This document shows, piece by piece, positions 47,230 through 56,275 of a stretch of DNA of 64,000 nt (position 1 is the first letter of the stretch; each line of letters begins with the position of its first letter). The notes beneath the pieces were generated by a model. The model saw only the letters and a program-made list of their open reading frames with translations. It was not told where the DNA came from and made no database searches. The position numbers and the translations under genes were made by a program. Source of the DNA: Candidatus Levybacteria bacterium RIFCSPHIGHO2_02_FULL_40_18 (GTDB taxonomy: Bacteria > Patescibacteriota > Microgenomatia > Levybacterales > GWA1-39-11); NCBI GenBank assembly GCA_001782235.1, contig MFOC01000002.1, forward strand, positions 106,912 to 170,911, written 5' to 3'.

Positions 47230-47830
47230 TGGTATTTGCCTGGTTCAAATACACGCCTGTCTCCCAATCTAATAACCCCTCTACCTCACGGCGCAAACGA
47301 AGAGTAAATTCGTCTGGATGTTGTAAGGCGTTCCAGCCCATAAAACTTTCTGCCACAATAGAGTGAAAACGTCTTCCTGGCAATACGTTTTCTACCATTC
47401 TCATAATTCTTACAAGATGATAGGAATTTGTTAATAAACCTGCCCTTCCACCAAGATTAAAATTCGCCTTTTTAATCGCTCGCAGGTTGCCCAATGTGTC
47501 GGGATCAGATTCTACTCTGATTATTTTAGGCTGTTCGTTTAATCCCGTCTCTTGCATTTCTTGGAGTAGATAATCTCTCATGCCATCGACCTTGGGCTTG
47601 CTACCTCCAACAACAATAACAACCTTCGTCTGTGAGCAAAGTCGAGCAGCAGCTTGCATTCTAACCTCTCCGCCCACATATATATTTCCTTCACCTTTGC
47701 TATCATTTCCTATATCAAAATAAGAATAGCGTCCGTCCACGATTATTGGATCACTCGGACAAAAAACCGTAACTGTGCTATAAGGTCTCCTCTCCACCTC
47801 TACCCCTCTTGGGTTAGTTTCCGTGGTCAT
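47195..47830 (-). CDS. DUF218 (YdcF/SanA/ElyC-like) domain protein, putative
   Basis: VVIVVGG, ESDPDTLGNLRAI and LTNSYHLVRI resemble DUF218 conserved blocks. Confidence 0.5.
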   Translation of the reverse strand: MTTETNPRGVEVERRPYSTVTVFCPSDPIIVDGRYSYFDIGNDSKGEGNIYVGGEVRMQAAARLCSQTKVVIVVGGSKPKVDGMRDYLLQEMQETGLNEQPKIIRVESDPDTLGNLRAIKKANFNLGGRAGLLTNSYHLVRIMRMVENVLPGRRFHSIVAESFMGWNALQHPDEFTLRLRREVEGLLDWETGVYLNQANTNEAEWKCVVSI

Positions 47831-48057
47831 ATTGCAGAATTATAGATTATTACGAATGCAAAATAAAACCCTGATGTCCTTGCTTGCCCTGAGCGGAGTC
47901 GAAGGGAGAAATAAAATTATTTCTGTTTTTTTGGTTTTCGCTTTTCGCGCTTTTTATGAGTCCTTTTCTCCGCCATATATTTTATATTAACCTATTCTAA
48001 ACTTTTTGCAAATGGGCGGGGTTTGACCTTATTCGCTCAATGTGAGAAGCTTGTCTT

Positions 48058-48396
48058 ATGAATCAAACTTGCCCTACATGCAACTTTGCTATTTCGGAAA
48101 ATTTTAATTTTTGCCCTAATTGCGGAAAAATGCTTAAGGAACCGCAACTGCCGATTTCTCTTGAAAAACAAATAAAAGTATACGCCATAAGTATCCTGCT
48201 TCCTCCTCTGGGGCTTTGGCCTGGAATAAAATATCTTACCGGGAAAAATGAAAAAGCCAAGACCGTTGGGATTGTTGCAATAATATTGACGATCATTTCA
48301 ATAATTATTACCGTTTGGTTAACAATCGGTTTTGTAAGCCAATTAAACAACGGCCTCAACGGCCAACTCCAACAATACCAAGACCTGGGAATTTAG
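48058..48396 (+). CDS. zinc-ribbon plus TM small membrane protein
   Basis: CPTCNF...CPNCG (CxxC-X~12-CxxC) followed by two hydrophobic segments. Confidence 0.55.
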   Translation: MNQTCPTCNFAISENFNFCPNCGKMLKEPQLPISLEKQIKVYAISILLPPLGLWPGIKYLTGKNEKAKTVGIVAIILTIISIIITVWLTIGFVSQLNNGLNGQLQQYQDLGI

Positions 48397-48437
48397 AACA
48401 TGGAAACAAAAGATAAGCCTCCCCCGCCCCTAGTTTA

Positions 48438-48455
48438 AGGCTAAAATTAAGCAAC
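48438..48455. repeat. 18-bp direct repeat AGGCTAAAATTAAGCAAC, copy 1
   Basis: Identical to 49068-49085; the two copies bracket the Pro/Thr-rich gene. Confidence 0.8.
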
Positions 48456-48468
48456 CCAATATTGCTTT

Positions 48469-49068
48469 TTGGAAACTCTGGGATATAATGGGGTAATGTC
48501 TGGACTATTTGCATTTATTTTCCTTATATCTCTCGTTCTTTTGCCTATAAGTCTAATTAAGCCGGATCTAGTTTCACGTTTTGTAAACACTACGCGGAAA
48601 AGAAACGGAATATTCTTTGGAACCCTTGCAATTGTTTCATTTGCACTATTTGGACTTACCACTCCACCGGCACCATTAAACGTGACCGACACAAATGGCG
48701 CTTCGATATCTGCAACCCCTACAGCCATCCCAACTGCTACTAGTATCCCTGCAACGAATACACCATCTCCGACTCTGTCTGAGCCGACACCTGAACCCAC
48801 AAAGATACCAACGGCAACTACCAAGCCCACTCCAACTTTAAAACCAGTTTATATCCAGTCAACCTCGACACCTACTCCACAAACTCAGACATTCTCACCA
48901 ACCACGCCACCATCGACCGGCGGTTATGTTTGTAACTGCGCAAAAACTTGTCCGAATTTATCTTGTGATGAAGCTCAATATCAGTTAAACGTCGTGGGTG
49001 TGGTCAAAGAGATGCTGATAATGATGGCATCGCCTGCGACACCCAATGCCAATAGCCACGACTATTGA
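48469..49068 (+). CDS. membrane-anchored Pro/Thr-rich surface protein with a frameshifted C-terminal Excalibur-like Ca-binding motif
   Basis: The track start is TTG; the likely real start is ATG 48496, with TATAAT at 48484-48489. TM helix, then PTATSIPATNTPSPT repeats, then ...CDEAQYQL in frame; DADNDGIACD follows in the +2 frame. Confidence 0.5.
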   Translation: METLGYNGVMSGLFAFIFLISLVLLPISLIKPDLVSRFVNTTRKRNGIFFGTLAIVSFALFGLTTPPAPLNVTDTNGASISATPTAIPTATSIPATNTPSPTLSEPTPEPTKIPTATTKPTPTLKPVYIQSTSTPTPQTQTFSPTTPPSTGGYVCNCAKTCPNLSCDEAQYQLNVVGVVKEMLIMMASPATPNANSHDY

Positions 49069-49085
49069 GGCTAAAATTAAGCAAC
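49068..49085. repeat. 18-bp direct repeat AGGCTAAAATTAAGCAAC, copy 2
   Basis: Begins on the last base of the stop codon of 48469..49068. Confidence 0.8.
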
Positions 49086-49133
49086 TGTAGACGAATTTTA
49101 CAGAGTGTGGGATAAATAGGTGCGAAGAAAAAA

Positions 49134-49325
49134 TTATCTAATAACATTTTTCAAAGCTACGGTATTTTCACCCTCATCTTGAATAGCAATATCCAAACCC
49201 TCAAAAGCACAATCGATGAATTTATTATTTTTGCCTTTGTTCAAAATGCCTACTCTTTTTCTTGTATCTCTTCCGAGTACCACGTTTATCTTAGGATCTA
49301 TTTTTATTAAGTTATAATCAATCAT
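49134..49325 (-). CDS. small hypothetical protein (63 aa), SD-preceded
   Basis: AGGAGGTGA lies 5 nt upstream of the ATG and is embedded in the end of the upstream small ORF. Confidence 0.45.
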   Translation of the reverse strand: MIDYNLIKIDPKINVVLGRDTRKRVGILNKGKNNKFIDCAFEGLDIAIQDEGENTVALKNVIR

Positions 49326-49330
49326 TCAGA

Positions 49331-49474
49331 TCACCTCCTGTGTTTTGTTCCGTGTTTTTGACTCAATGCACTACCGGCAGTTGATCTAGCTGCCCGGTTA
49401 TTATATCTTTTGCTCCCTAAGATTTTAGAAGCTTTTTTCGCCACTCTTCTACTTGTTGTCTTCGGATGCGCCAT
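49331..49474 (-). CDS. small highly basic protein (47 aa), not in the ORF track (<60 aa)
   Basis: MAHPKTTSRRVAKKASKILGSKRYNNRAARSTAGSALSQKHGTKHRR; GGTGGTGA SD 6 nt upstream; its stop overlaps the SD of the next gene. Confidence 0.35.
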   Translation of the reverse strand: MAHPKTTSRRVAKKASKILGSKRYNNRAARSTAGSALSQKHGTKHRR

Positions 49475-49507
49475 AATTTATCACCACCAATGTTTTACTA
49501 AAGAATT

Positions 49508-49735
49508 CTAACCTGTATTATACTGTGACAAACAGTAAGCACAGGCGTCATATGACGAATTCTCAGAAAGCCATGCGACAAGGTTTGATTCCTGAGTTGA
49601 TACTAAATACCTAAGCTTCCTTATTTCATTAATCTGACATTCAAATGGCCCATATTTTTCATTATCTAAATCATGCACCTCTAACCGTACAGGATTGTCA
49701 TTTATTAGAAACCTATATCTTGGATCTCTGCGCAT
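49508..49735 (-). CDS. small hypothetical protein (75 aa), first gene of the operon divergent from lexA
   Basis: ATG start. Upstream on the minus strand: TTGATA-17-TATCAT and an AAAAAGG SD-like tract. Confidence 0.4.
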   Translation of the reverse strand: MRRDPRYRFLINDNPVRLEVHDLDNEKYGPFECQINEIRKLRYLVSTQESNLVAWLSENSSYDACAYCLSQYNTG

Positions 49736-49810
49736 AAAAATACCACAACCTTTTTCTACTTGACATGATACCTGAAAAGTGGTACTTTATCAAGGTGGGA
49801 TATAAATACC

Positions 49811-50437
49811 ATGAAAGACTTGACTAAAAAGGATCAGAATACATTACGTTTTATCATTCAATATCAAACATCTAATGGATACTCTCCTTCTATGAGGGAA
49901 ATTAAAGACGCCATTGGCACAAAATCTACAAGAGGAGCAACGCTGCATTTAGATAAACTTAACAATCTCGGATATATTAAACGTAATCCAAATTCAAGGC
50001 GTGCAATAAAAATCCTTTTAAACCCTTTCGAAGATAAAAAAAAGAAAATAAGAGTTCCTATTGTAGCAGAGGTAAAAGCAGGCTATGGAGGCTACACCGA
50101 GGAAAATATCCAGGGATATAAAGAAATTCCAACAGGCTTAACGCAAGGAAGAAAGGATGTAGTACTTTTAAAGATAAGAGGGGAAAGCATGTCGAAGGCT
50201 GGATTTAATAATGGAGACCTCGCAATAGTAATCCCACAAAATACTGCTTACAACGGAGATATTGTTGTAGTTTTCGATGAGGAAGAACGAGACGAAACAA
50301 TTAAAAGATTTAAAAAACTAGAAAATTATGCAATACTCTTACCAGAATCTTATGATCAAAGCTACCAACCAAGGATAGGCACTCATTTTACAATACAGGG
50401 AAAAGTTATTGGTAAACTACCAAATCAATTTGTTTAA
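49811..50437 (+). CDS. lexA: LexA-family repressor (wHTH plus S24 peptidase)
   Basis: N-terminal LexA DNA-binding-like domain (QNTLRFI..SNGYSPSMREI...GATLHLDKLNNLGYIKR). C-terminal S24 with GESMS (Ser) and IKRFKK (Lys). Confidence 0.8.
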   Translation: MKDLTKKDQNTLRFIIQYQTSNGYSPSMREIKDAIGTKSTRGATLHLDKLNNLGYIKRNPNSRRAIKILLNPFEDKKKKIRVPIVAEVKAGYGGYTEENIQGYKEIPTGLTQGRKDVVLLKIRGESMSKAGFNNGDLAIVIPQNTAYNGDIVVVFDEEERDETIKRFKKLENYAILLPESYDQSYQPRIGTHFTIQGKVIGKLPNQFV

Positions 50438-50560
50438 TACTAGAAAAATTTGTCAAAAAAATGGTACGATATTTTTAGAACCAAGAAGCAAGAAATATAA
50501 AAATATCTATCCCAAGTCGTTAGAAATTAGAGGAAAATTTTTTGGTTTAATAAGGAAATA

Positions 50561-52192
50561 ATGAATTTTAAAGCAAACGAAAGCAAGCAAAAATTAAGAG
50601 GTGGTTATTATACACCATTGGATTTAGCTGTCTTTTTGACTAAATGGATATGCGAGATTAATCCTAAAAATGTGCTAGAACCAAGCTGTGGAGATGGTAT
50701 TTTTTTTGAGGCACTCTCAAGAATTAATGGACCAAGTAATATAGCTGCAACAGCTTTTGAAATAGATAAAAACGAGGCGTTAAGAGCCAAAAAGAGGGCG
50801 GAGCGTTTCAAAATTAATACTGAAGTGTACCCCACTGATTTTCTAGCATGGTCAATAAAAAAAATGATCTCCGGAGACTTACCATTTGATGCAGTATTAG
50901 GTAATCCTCCTTTTATACGTTACCAATATTTACCTGAAGGATTTCAAGAGAACACCGAGGAAATATTTAACTTATTAAATCTTCCATTTACAAAGCACAC
51001 CAATGCATGGGTTCCTTTTATCTTAGCATCTATAGCGTTGCTTAAGCCAGGTGGAAGACTTGCAATGGTCATACCTTCTGAAATAATACACATACCTTAT
51101 GCTCAATCCCTCAGAACATATTTAGGTAAAGAATGTCATAAAATAGTTATCATAGACCCACAGGAACTTTGGTTTGAAGATACGCTACAAGGCGCTGTAT
51201 TACTGCTTGCAGAAAAAAAACAGGAGCATCAAGACACAGAGGGTCTGGGAATTTACCCAGTAAGAAATCGCGAATTTTTAGATCTCGATCCTTATCGTAT
51301 TTTCTCTGCTCCCAAATCCATAAACGGTAAAACTGTTGAGGGGAAATGGACACGGGCACTACTAGATCTTGAGACACGCACTTTATTAGATAAGTTGTCA
51401 GAACATCCAAGAATATTTCGATTTAAAGATATTGCAGACGTGGATGTTGGCATAGTAACAGGAGCCAACAATTATTTTCTTATAAATGACGAGGTAGTGG
51501 CTAAGTTCAGATTATCGAAGTGGATATATCCAATGTTTGGCAGGAGCGAACATTGTCCAGGTGTAATATATAATGAGAAACAACATCAGGAGAATATCAA
51601 GAATGGCAAACCTACAAACTTCGTATGGTTTAAGGATAAATCGGCCCAAAACGATCCCGCTGCCAAAGCATATATTAGTTATGGAAAAAAACAAAACCTT
51701 CATACTAGATACAAATGCCGTACTCGTAATCTTTGGTACTCTGTTCCCTCTGTTTACTCTACAGAAATTGGTATGTTAAAAAGAGCGCACGATACCCCTC
51801 GTCTCATTTTTAATAAAATAAGTGCTTTTACCACTGATACCGCCTATAGAATAAAAAGTCGTATAAAACCAGAGAGGCTGGTCGGAAGCTTTATTAACTC
51901 GCTAACAGCACTCAGTACTGAAATTGAGGGACGTCATTATGGCGGTGGTGTTCTTGAGCTCGTTCCTTCTGAGATAGAACGATTGCTAATACCATTACCA
52001 CATCAAGTATCCACGAGCGTTGGCGATTTAGACCATAGTATCAGGTCTATGCCTATAGAAAATGTGCTGTCATTGCAAGATGGTAGAATTCTTAAGGGAC
52101 TGGGACTTTCAAGAGTTAGTCAACAGCAATTATTTAATGCTTGGAGCGAACTTAGAAATCGCCGACAACGTGTCTCGTCAGATTTAAACTAA
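50561..52192 (+). CDS. type II N6-adenine DNA methyltransferase (gamma class, TaqI-like) with C-terminal TRD
   Basis: Motif I VLEPSCGDGIFF precedes motif IV LGNPPFIRY; 543 aa. Confidence 0.8.
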   Translation: MNFKANESKQKLRGGYYTPLDLAVFLTKWICEINPKNVLEPSCGDGIFFEALSRINGPSNIAATAFEIDKNEALRAKKRAERFKINTEVYPTDFLAWSIKKMISGDLPFDAVLGNPPFIRYQYLPEGFQENTEEIFNLLNLPFTKHTNAWVPFILASIALLKPGGRLAMVIPSEIIHIPYAQSLRTYLGKECHKIVIIDPQELWFEDTLQGAVLLLAEKKQEHQDTEGLGIYPVRNREFLDLDPYRIFSAPKSINGKTVEGKWTRALLDLETRTLLDKLSEHPRIFRFKDIADVDVGIVTGANNYFLINDEVVAKFRLSKWIYPMFGRSEHCPGVIYNEKQHQENIKNGKPTNFVWFKDKSAQNDPAAKAYISYGKKQNLHTRYKCRTRNLWYSVPSVYSTEIGMLKRAHDTPRLIFNKISAFTTDTAYRIKSRIKPERLVGSFINSLTALSTEIEGRHYGGGVLELVPSEIERLLIPLPHQVSTSVGDLDHSIRSMPIENVLSLQDGRILKGLGLSRVSQQQLFNAWSELRNRRQRVSSDLN

Positions 52193-53352
52193 TCAATTTC
52201 GAGAACAAATCTAACAAGATTTGATTCGTCTCTATACAAAGAAAGAGTTCTTCCTATGAGATTACGCTGAGCCACATACTCTTTGGCTAGTCCCCAGCTT
52301 AGACGGGTCATGGCGTTGTGTTGTTTATAACTAGCACTTGTTGTACTAAAACTATGCGCAATCCTTAATTGAAAATCTCCATAAGATATTCCTTTTATCA
52401 TTAACTGAAACTCTGCCTTGGCTTCCTCCACACTTCTAGATTTTTTTGCCCACTTGAGCCCGGCAAATATCTCCTTACGAAAGTAATGCCGATGATCAAC
52501 ATGCTCATCCAGTCTTCCCTTATCTAGACTTATCGATCCAGCAGCATGCGTGTTTCGGCTGCTAGGAACGTTCAGATCGCGTTCCGTGAGAGGCTTACTA
52601 TCCCAAACATGCTCAAGATTAGTAGACACTAGGTATGAGGGTAAATTTTTTGATGGTTTTGGACGAAGTATTGCGGGTTTGGATTTCGCACGCCTTATAG
52701 TCCGAGGTAGAAACGGAATTACAAGTTTTATTCGAGGAACCGTATCCGTTTTCGTTGTCCTCCCCGTAGATATCGGCCTGGGAGGCTGAGCTTCTGCTTC
52801 ATCCAGAAGACGACCTGTTTTTAACAGTAAATCAAGTTCGGATGATTTTTGGATTAGAGAGACATTCTCCGGGAATCGATCAAGTAATTGCTTGAATTGT
52901 GCCTCAATATTACTAACAAGTTTTTTGTCACTTCGTTCATTCATATCCAAATCAAGCATAAGGCCACCCTCTATATTATTATTTAAACCTCCTGGCGTGA
53001 AATTTCCGCTCCCTATTACAAGACGCGTATTGTTTTCTCCTTTGGCTAGATATAACTTAGGATGAAATATTATTCCTCTTGATCCAGTATCCACAACAAA
53101 AACTGAAGTTTTTATTTTTAAAAGTCTGGCTAGTCCTTGTTTTGAGGTTATATCGTTTCTTATTCCAGCAAAAACTGAGACTTTGTTAGCAAGAGGTGTT
53201 AAGTCTTTTTCCAAGTTACGAACCCCTTCTTCGTTCACAAAAGCTGTACCTATAATTATTTTTTTAAGCTTGGGAACTTTTAATACCCAACGAACAGCGT
53301 CAATGAAAGTATCGGCAACGATTCCCTGAAGAAAAAAATCATTCTTAGCCAT
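52189..53352 (-). CDS. PLD(HKD)-family nuclease, putative BfiI-like restriction endonuclease
   Basis: N-terminal HPKLYLAKGENNTRLVIGSGNFT (H-x-K ... GSxN) motif. Convergent with and overlapping the MTase by 4 nt; 387 aa. Confidence 0.6.
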   Translation of the reverse strand: MAKNDFFLQGIVADTFIDAVRWVLKVPKLKKIIIGTAFVNEEGVRNLEKDLTPLANKVSVFAGIRNDITSKQGLARLLKIKTSVFVVDTGSRGIIFHPKLYLAKGENNTRLVIGSGNFTPGGLNNNIEGGLMLDLDMNERSDKKLVSNIEAQFKQLLDRFPENVSLIQKSSELDLLLKTGRLLDEAEAQPPRPISTGRTTKTDTVPRIKLVIPFLPRTIRRAKSKPAILRPKPSKNLPSYLVSTNLEHVWDSKPLTERDLNVPSSRNTHAAGSISLDKGRLDEHVDHRHYFRKEIFAGLKWAKKSRSVEEAKAEFQLMIKGISYGDFQLRIAHSFSTTSASYKQHNAMTRLSWGLAKEYVAQRNLIGRTLSLYRDESNLVRFVLEID

Positions 53353-53362
53353 ATAGATTAGG

Positions 53363-53377
53363 ATTATACTGCTTTTT
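53363..53377 (-). promoter_or_regulatory. conserved promoter-like 15-mer AAAAAGCAGTATAAT (-10 box) 10 nt upstream of the ATG
   Basis: One of four near-identical copies of AAAAAGNAGTATAAT immediately upstream of starts in the 52-56.7 kb region. Confidence 0.5.
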
Positions 53378-53395
53378 GGGGTGTTTATTAAAGGG

Positions 53396-54172
53396 TTAGC
53401 GGGTGGGGATTTGGATGAATGGGGTTCCGCTTGTTGCGTTGGGGAGTTTACCGTCCCACTTTTGAACTGCCAGGAATTGAAGATATTCGGGAGTTAAACT
53501 TCCGTTATTTCTTAAAATCAACTGGGCATCTGCTTGACCCTGAGCTTGGGTTATCGCAGTTTCGGCCTCAATTTTGGCTCTTTCAAGATTTTGCTGAGCT
53601 ACCTGTTTCTGCTCAATTGCGTGATTGAAGTCGTCTGAAAACTGGAAATTAACAATATTGAAATCATCAACGATTACATTAAACCTATTTAATCTGTCCT
53701 TTAAATGTTCAAACGCTTCTTTTTTAACGGCCTCTCTTTTTGTAATCAATTCCGCCGCGGTAAATTTGGCGGTTGTTGCTTTAAATGCTTCCTGAATTGC
53801 TGGGTCAATAATTCTGAATTTATATTCCGGCCCGATATTCTGATAAACCTCAACCGCTTTTTCCGCTCTTAAGTGATAATTGAGAGCAATTGTTGACTTT
53901 ACTTCCTGCAAATCCTTTGAAGCGGCCTGTGCGTCAACCTGATCCTTCTGGGTCCTCGTTTCCATAATCGTAATCCCTTCAACTATCGGAAATTTTAAAT
54001 TAAGTCCGGGATTGACTACTCTATTCACCGCTCCAAGTCTTGTTATAACTCCTACACTTCCGGCCCGAACGATTGCAAAAGAGGTTAAAAATAAAATCAG
54101 AACTAAAACAAATAAAACACCTGCCACGACCAGTTTGGGCACATTATTTTGCAATTCCATAATTGTCGCCAT
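53396..54172 (-). CDS. SPFH/band-7 (prohibitin-like) membrane protein
   Basis: N-terminal TM then an SPFH-type core (VGVITRLGAVNRVVNPGLNLKFP...), C-terminal coiled Q/A-rich region. The start is probably Met5 (leaderless). Confidence 0.8.
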   Translation of the reverse strand: MATIMELQNNVPKLVVAGVLFVLVLILFLTSFAIVRAGSVGVITRLGAVNRVVNPGLNLKFPIVEGITIMETRTQKDQVDAQAASKDLQEVKSTIALNYHLRAEKAVEVYQNIGPEYKFRIIDPAIQEAFKATTAKFTAAELITKREAVKKEAFEHLKDRLNRFNVIVDDFNIVNFQFSDDFNHAIEQKQVAQQNLERAKIEAETAITQAQGQADAQLILRNNGSLTPEYLQFLAVQKWDGKLPNATSGTPFIQIPTR

Positions 54173-54187
54173 ATTATACTGCTTTTC
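54173..54187 (-). promoter_or_regulatory. conserved promoter-like 15-mer GAAAAGCAGTATAAT abutting the first ATG
   Basis: Same motif as 53363, 55612 and 56276. Confidence 0.5.
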
Positions 54188-54291
54188 CCGTGAAAAAACT
54201 ATCCTTCGGTGGATACGAATTTTTCAGGGTAAACTCTTCAATCCGCCAATTAGAGAACTCTAGATAAGGCGGGTTTTAGGGGTTAAAGGGA

Positions 54292-55602
54292 CTATTCTCC
54301 TGCATACACGTCACAACCGTCGTCATCTGTGGCAATACCTTCATCATAATGGATCTCCCCGTGCGCATGCTCCTGATCTATTGTGTCATCAAAGTCATTT
54401 CGAGTATCCCAATCCTCCTCTTCAAGTACTGCACTTTGAACTGCCATTCGGGCCTCATCAATCCGCCTCTGATTTGAATAATCGCTTGTCCTTTGCCCTC
54501 TGTTTCCAATTCTCGTTATGGTATTATTGCTTCTTGAATCTAAAACTCTGATAGAGGATGCTATGCTTCGCGGAGTAATGGTTTGCGCATTAAATGGATT
54601 CTTACTCGCAGCTATTAACCCTTCGAGAATTTTTCGCCTTGACTTTACTAATGTCTCTAGAAATCCTCGGTCTAACTCGCCTACCATCGGAATAGGCACA
54701 TTAAACACCTGCTGTTTTGACCCTCTGATTGTAACTTTCGCAACTTGACCCTTAATATCTCCACTCTTAACAGCTTTTGCCGTTCCATCTGCAACTTCTA
54801 TTGCAACCATTACTTCCTTCGCCGCAACCTCTCTATACTCGCCTATTTCCCATCGGACGGCGGCAGCAAAACGGTCTCCAAATTTTTCAGAAGAATATAC
54901 AAGTTCGGTACTTTTTTCGTTGTCTCCTATTGCTTCAATCAGAGACAGTGCGCCAAGCCTTTCGGCCGTCAATCTTCCTAATCTATACATTATCTGACCG
55001 TAGGTCAAATTAGCGAAGTCAGGAAGACCGTAATCTGTCCTTGCAGCGCTTGACATTCTTTGTCTAAGTAGATATTCTGCAGGGTCGAAAGTTGCAATAA
55101 GTCTATCAGAGGAAAAATCACTTGTTCTTTTGGGGTTTAAAACTGCCCGTTCAAGCGCTTCGGAGAACTTTTTTTGGTCTTCTTCAAGTTTTTCCTGAAA
55201 AGCAGTATCTCTAGCCGAATCGGCGGCAGGTGGTCTAAAGGGATAAAACAAATTGAATTCCGAGGAATCTGCTGAAAGAATCTTTGCCTTGCAACCAACG
55301 TAGTCGTAAGCAGTATTATAGCGCGTAAAAAAATGCTTTTCTTTACCTTCTCGAAATGAGAAGTAAAATTTTATTTCGCTTGCTTCTGTTCTGTCTTCAT
55401 TGAAATCCCAGCAAACAGAAGACGCATAATAATTTCCGTCTTGCGGTCTTGTTATTAAAAGCAAAGCATCAGGGTATTCGGACTGCATTTTATTCCAAAA
55501 ATCCACCAGCCCGTAAAACTTCGTCGCTCCCCTGCTACGCTTATACTCCTTTTCATTTAAAGAAGGCTCTTTCTCAAATGAAATATTTGCCTCAGGCGCC
55601 AT
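54292..55602 (-). CDS. hypothetical protein (436 aa) with an acidic C-terminal tail
   Basis: No recognisable motif and no Walker A; preceded by the conserved promoter 15-mer. Confidence 0.4.
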   Translation of the reverse strand: MAPEANISFEKEPSLNEKEYKRSRGATKFYGLVDFWNKMQSEYPDALLLITRPQDGNYYASSVCWDFNEDRTEASEIKFYFSFREGKEKHFFTRYNTAYDYVGCKAKILSADSSEFNLFYPFRPPAADSARDTAFQEKLEEDQKKFSEALERAVLNPKRTSDFSSDRLIATFDPAEYLLRQRMSSAARTDYGLPDFANLTYGQIMYRLGRLTAERLGALSLIEAIGDNEKSTELVYSSEKFGDRFAAAVRWEIGEYREVAAKEVMVAIEVADGTAKAVKSGDIKGQVAKVTIRGSKQQVFNVPIPMVGELDRGFLETLVKSRRKILEGLIAASKNPFNAQTITPRSIASSIRVLDSRSNNTITRIGNRGQRTSDYSNQRRIDEARMAVQSAVLEEEDWDTRNDFDDTIDQEHAHGEIHYDEGIATDDDGCDVYAGE

Positions 55603-55611
55603 ACTAGACGG

Positions 55612-55626
55612 ATTATACTCCCTTTT
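55612..55626 (-). promoter_or_regulatory. conserved promoter-like 15-mer AAAAGGGAGTATAAT, 9 nt upstream of the ATG
   Basis: Same motif family. Confidence 0.5.
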
Positions 55627-55649
55627 CCCTAAATCTGCCAGCCAGGGGT

Positions 55650-56267
55650 TTAAAGAGTTAAGGGGTTGGGGGAGGATTTTTGATCAGGTTGGTATAAATG
55701 CAAATACAGCCTCACATATCGAGGATCAAGTTTTGCATCATCTATCGGTCTTGTGTATATATACAATTTGTAAAGCTCTTCCGGAACATCTTGTATCTGA
55801 GGGAATGTATAAATCAGATTTTCCCCCGCTTTTCTAATATTTGTGGTACCCGGATACCTTATTTGCCGGTGATATCTACAAGCAATAAATGCGCCCATAT
55901 CTGGAACGTTTGACATCAGATAGGAAAGGGTACCAGGAGTCTCAACCGAAACTGTAATACTAAGACCTTCATGGGTCTGTTTAACCTCATACTTTCCGTC
56001 TATTGTAGTCAACCATGCCGCTTCCTTTATCTTTCGTTTTTCTGTATCGCTTAAAGGTTTACCCTCCGCAATTTTTCGTTTCGCGGGAAGACTTATGTCA
56101 GCGGCGATCACGCCTTTTTCCATGGGGTGAATTTCGACTCCCGGCGGAGTCAAAACACCATTAATTTTGTATTCCGGAAAATATCTATAAAATCTTTTAT
56201 ACTCGGCTTGTCTGTCTTTGAAAATGGCAAACCTCTCACGGGCAAGCCTAAGTCTTTCCCTTAACAT
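55650..56267 (-). CDS. hypothetical protein (205 aa)
   Basis: ATG start preceded by the promoter 15-mer; no motif recognised. Confidence 0.4.
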   Translation of the reverse strand: MLRERLRLARERFAIFKDRQAEYKRFYRYFPEYKINGVLTPPGVEIHPMEKGVIAADISLPAKRKIAEGKPLSDTEKRKIKEAAWLTTIDGKYEVKQTHEGLSITVSVETPGTLSYLMSNVPDMGAFIACRYHRQIRYPGTTNIRKAGENLIYTFPQIQDVPEELYKLYIYTRPIDDAKLDPRYVRLYLHLYQPDQKSSPNPLTL

Positions 56268-56275
56268 AGTGCTGT

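Noticed and set aside
49736-49810. Search for a canonical LexA box (CTGT-N8-ACAG or GAAC-N4-GTTC) in the lexA / small-operon spacer
   Set aside because: Neither consensus is present. Only TACCAC-N32-GTGGTA and promoter-like hexamers were found, and the operator for this lineage cannot be assigned from one locus.
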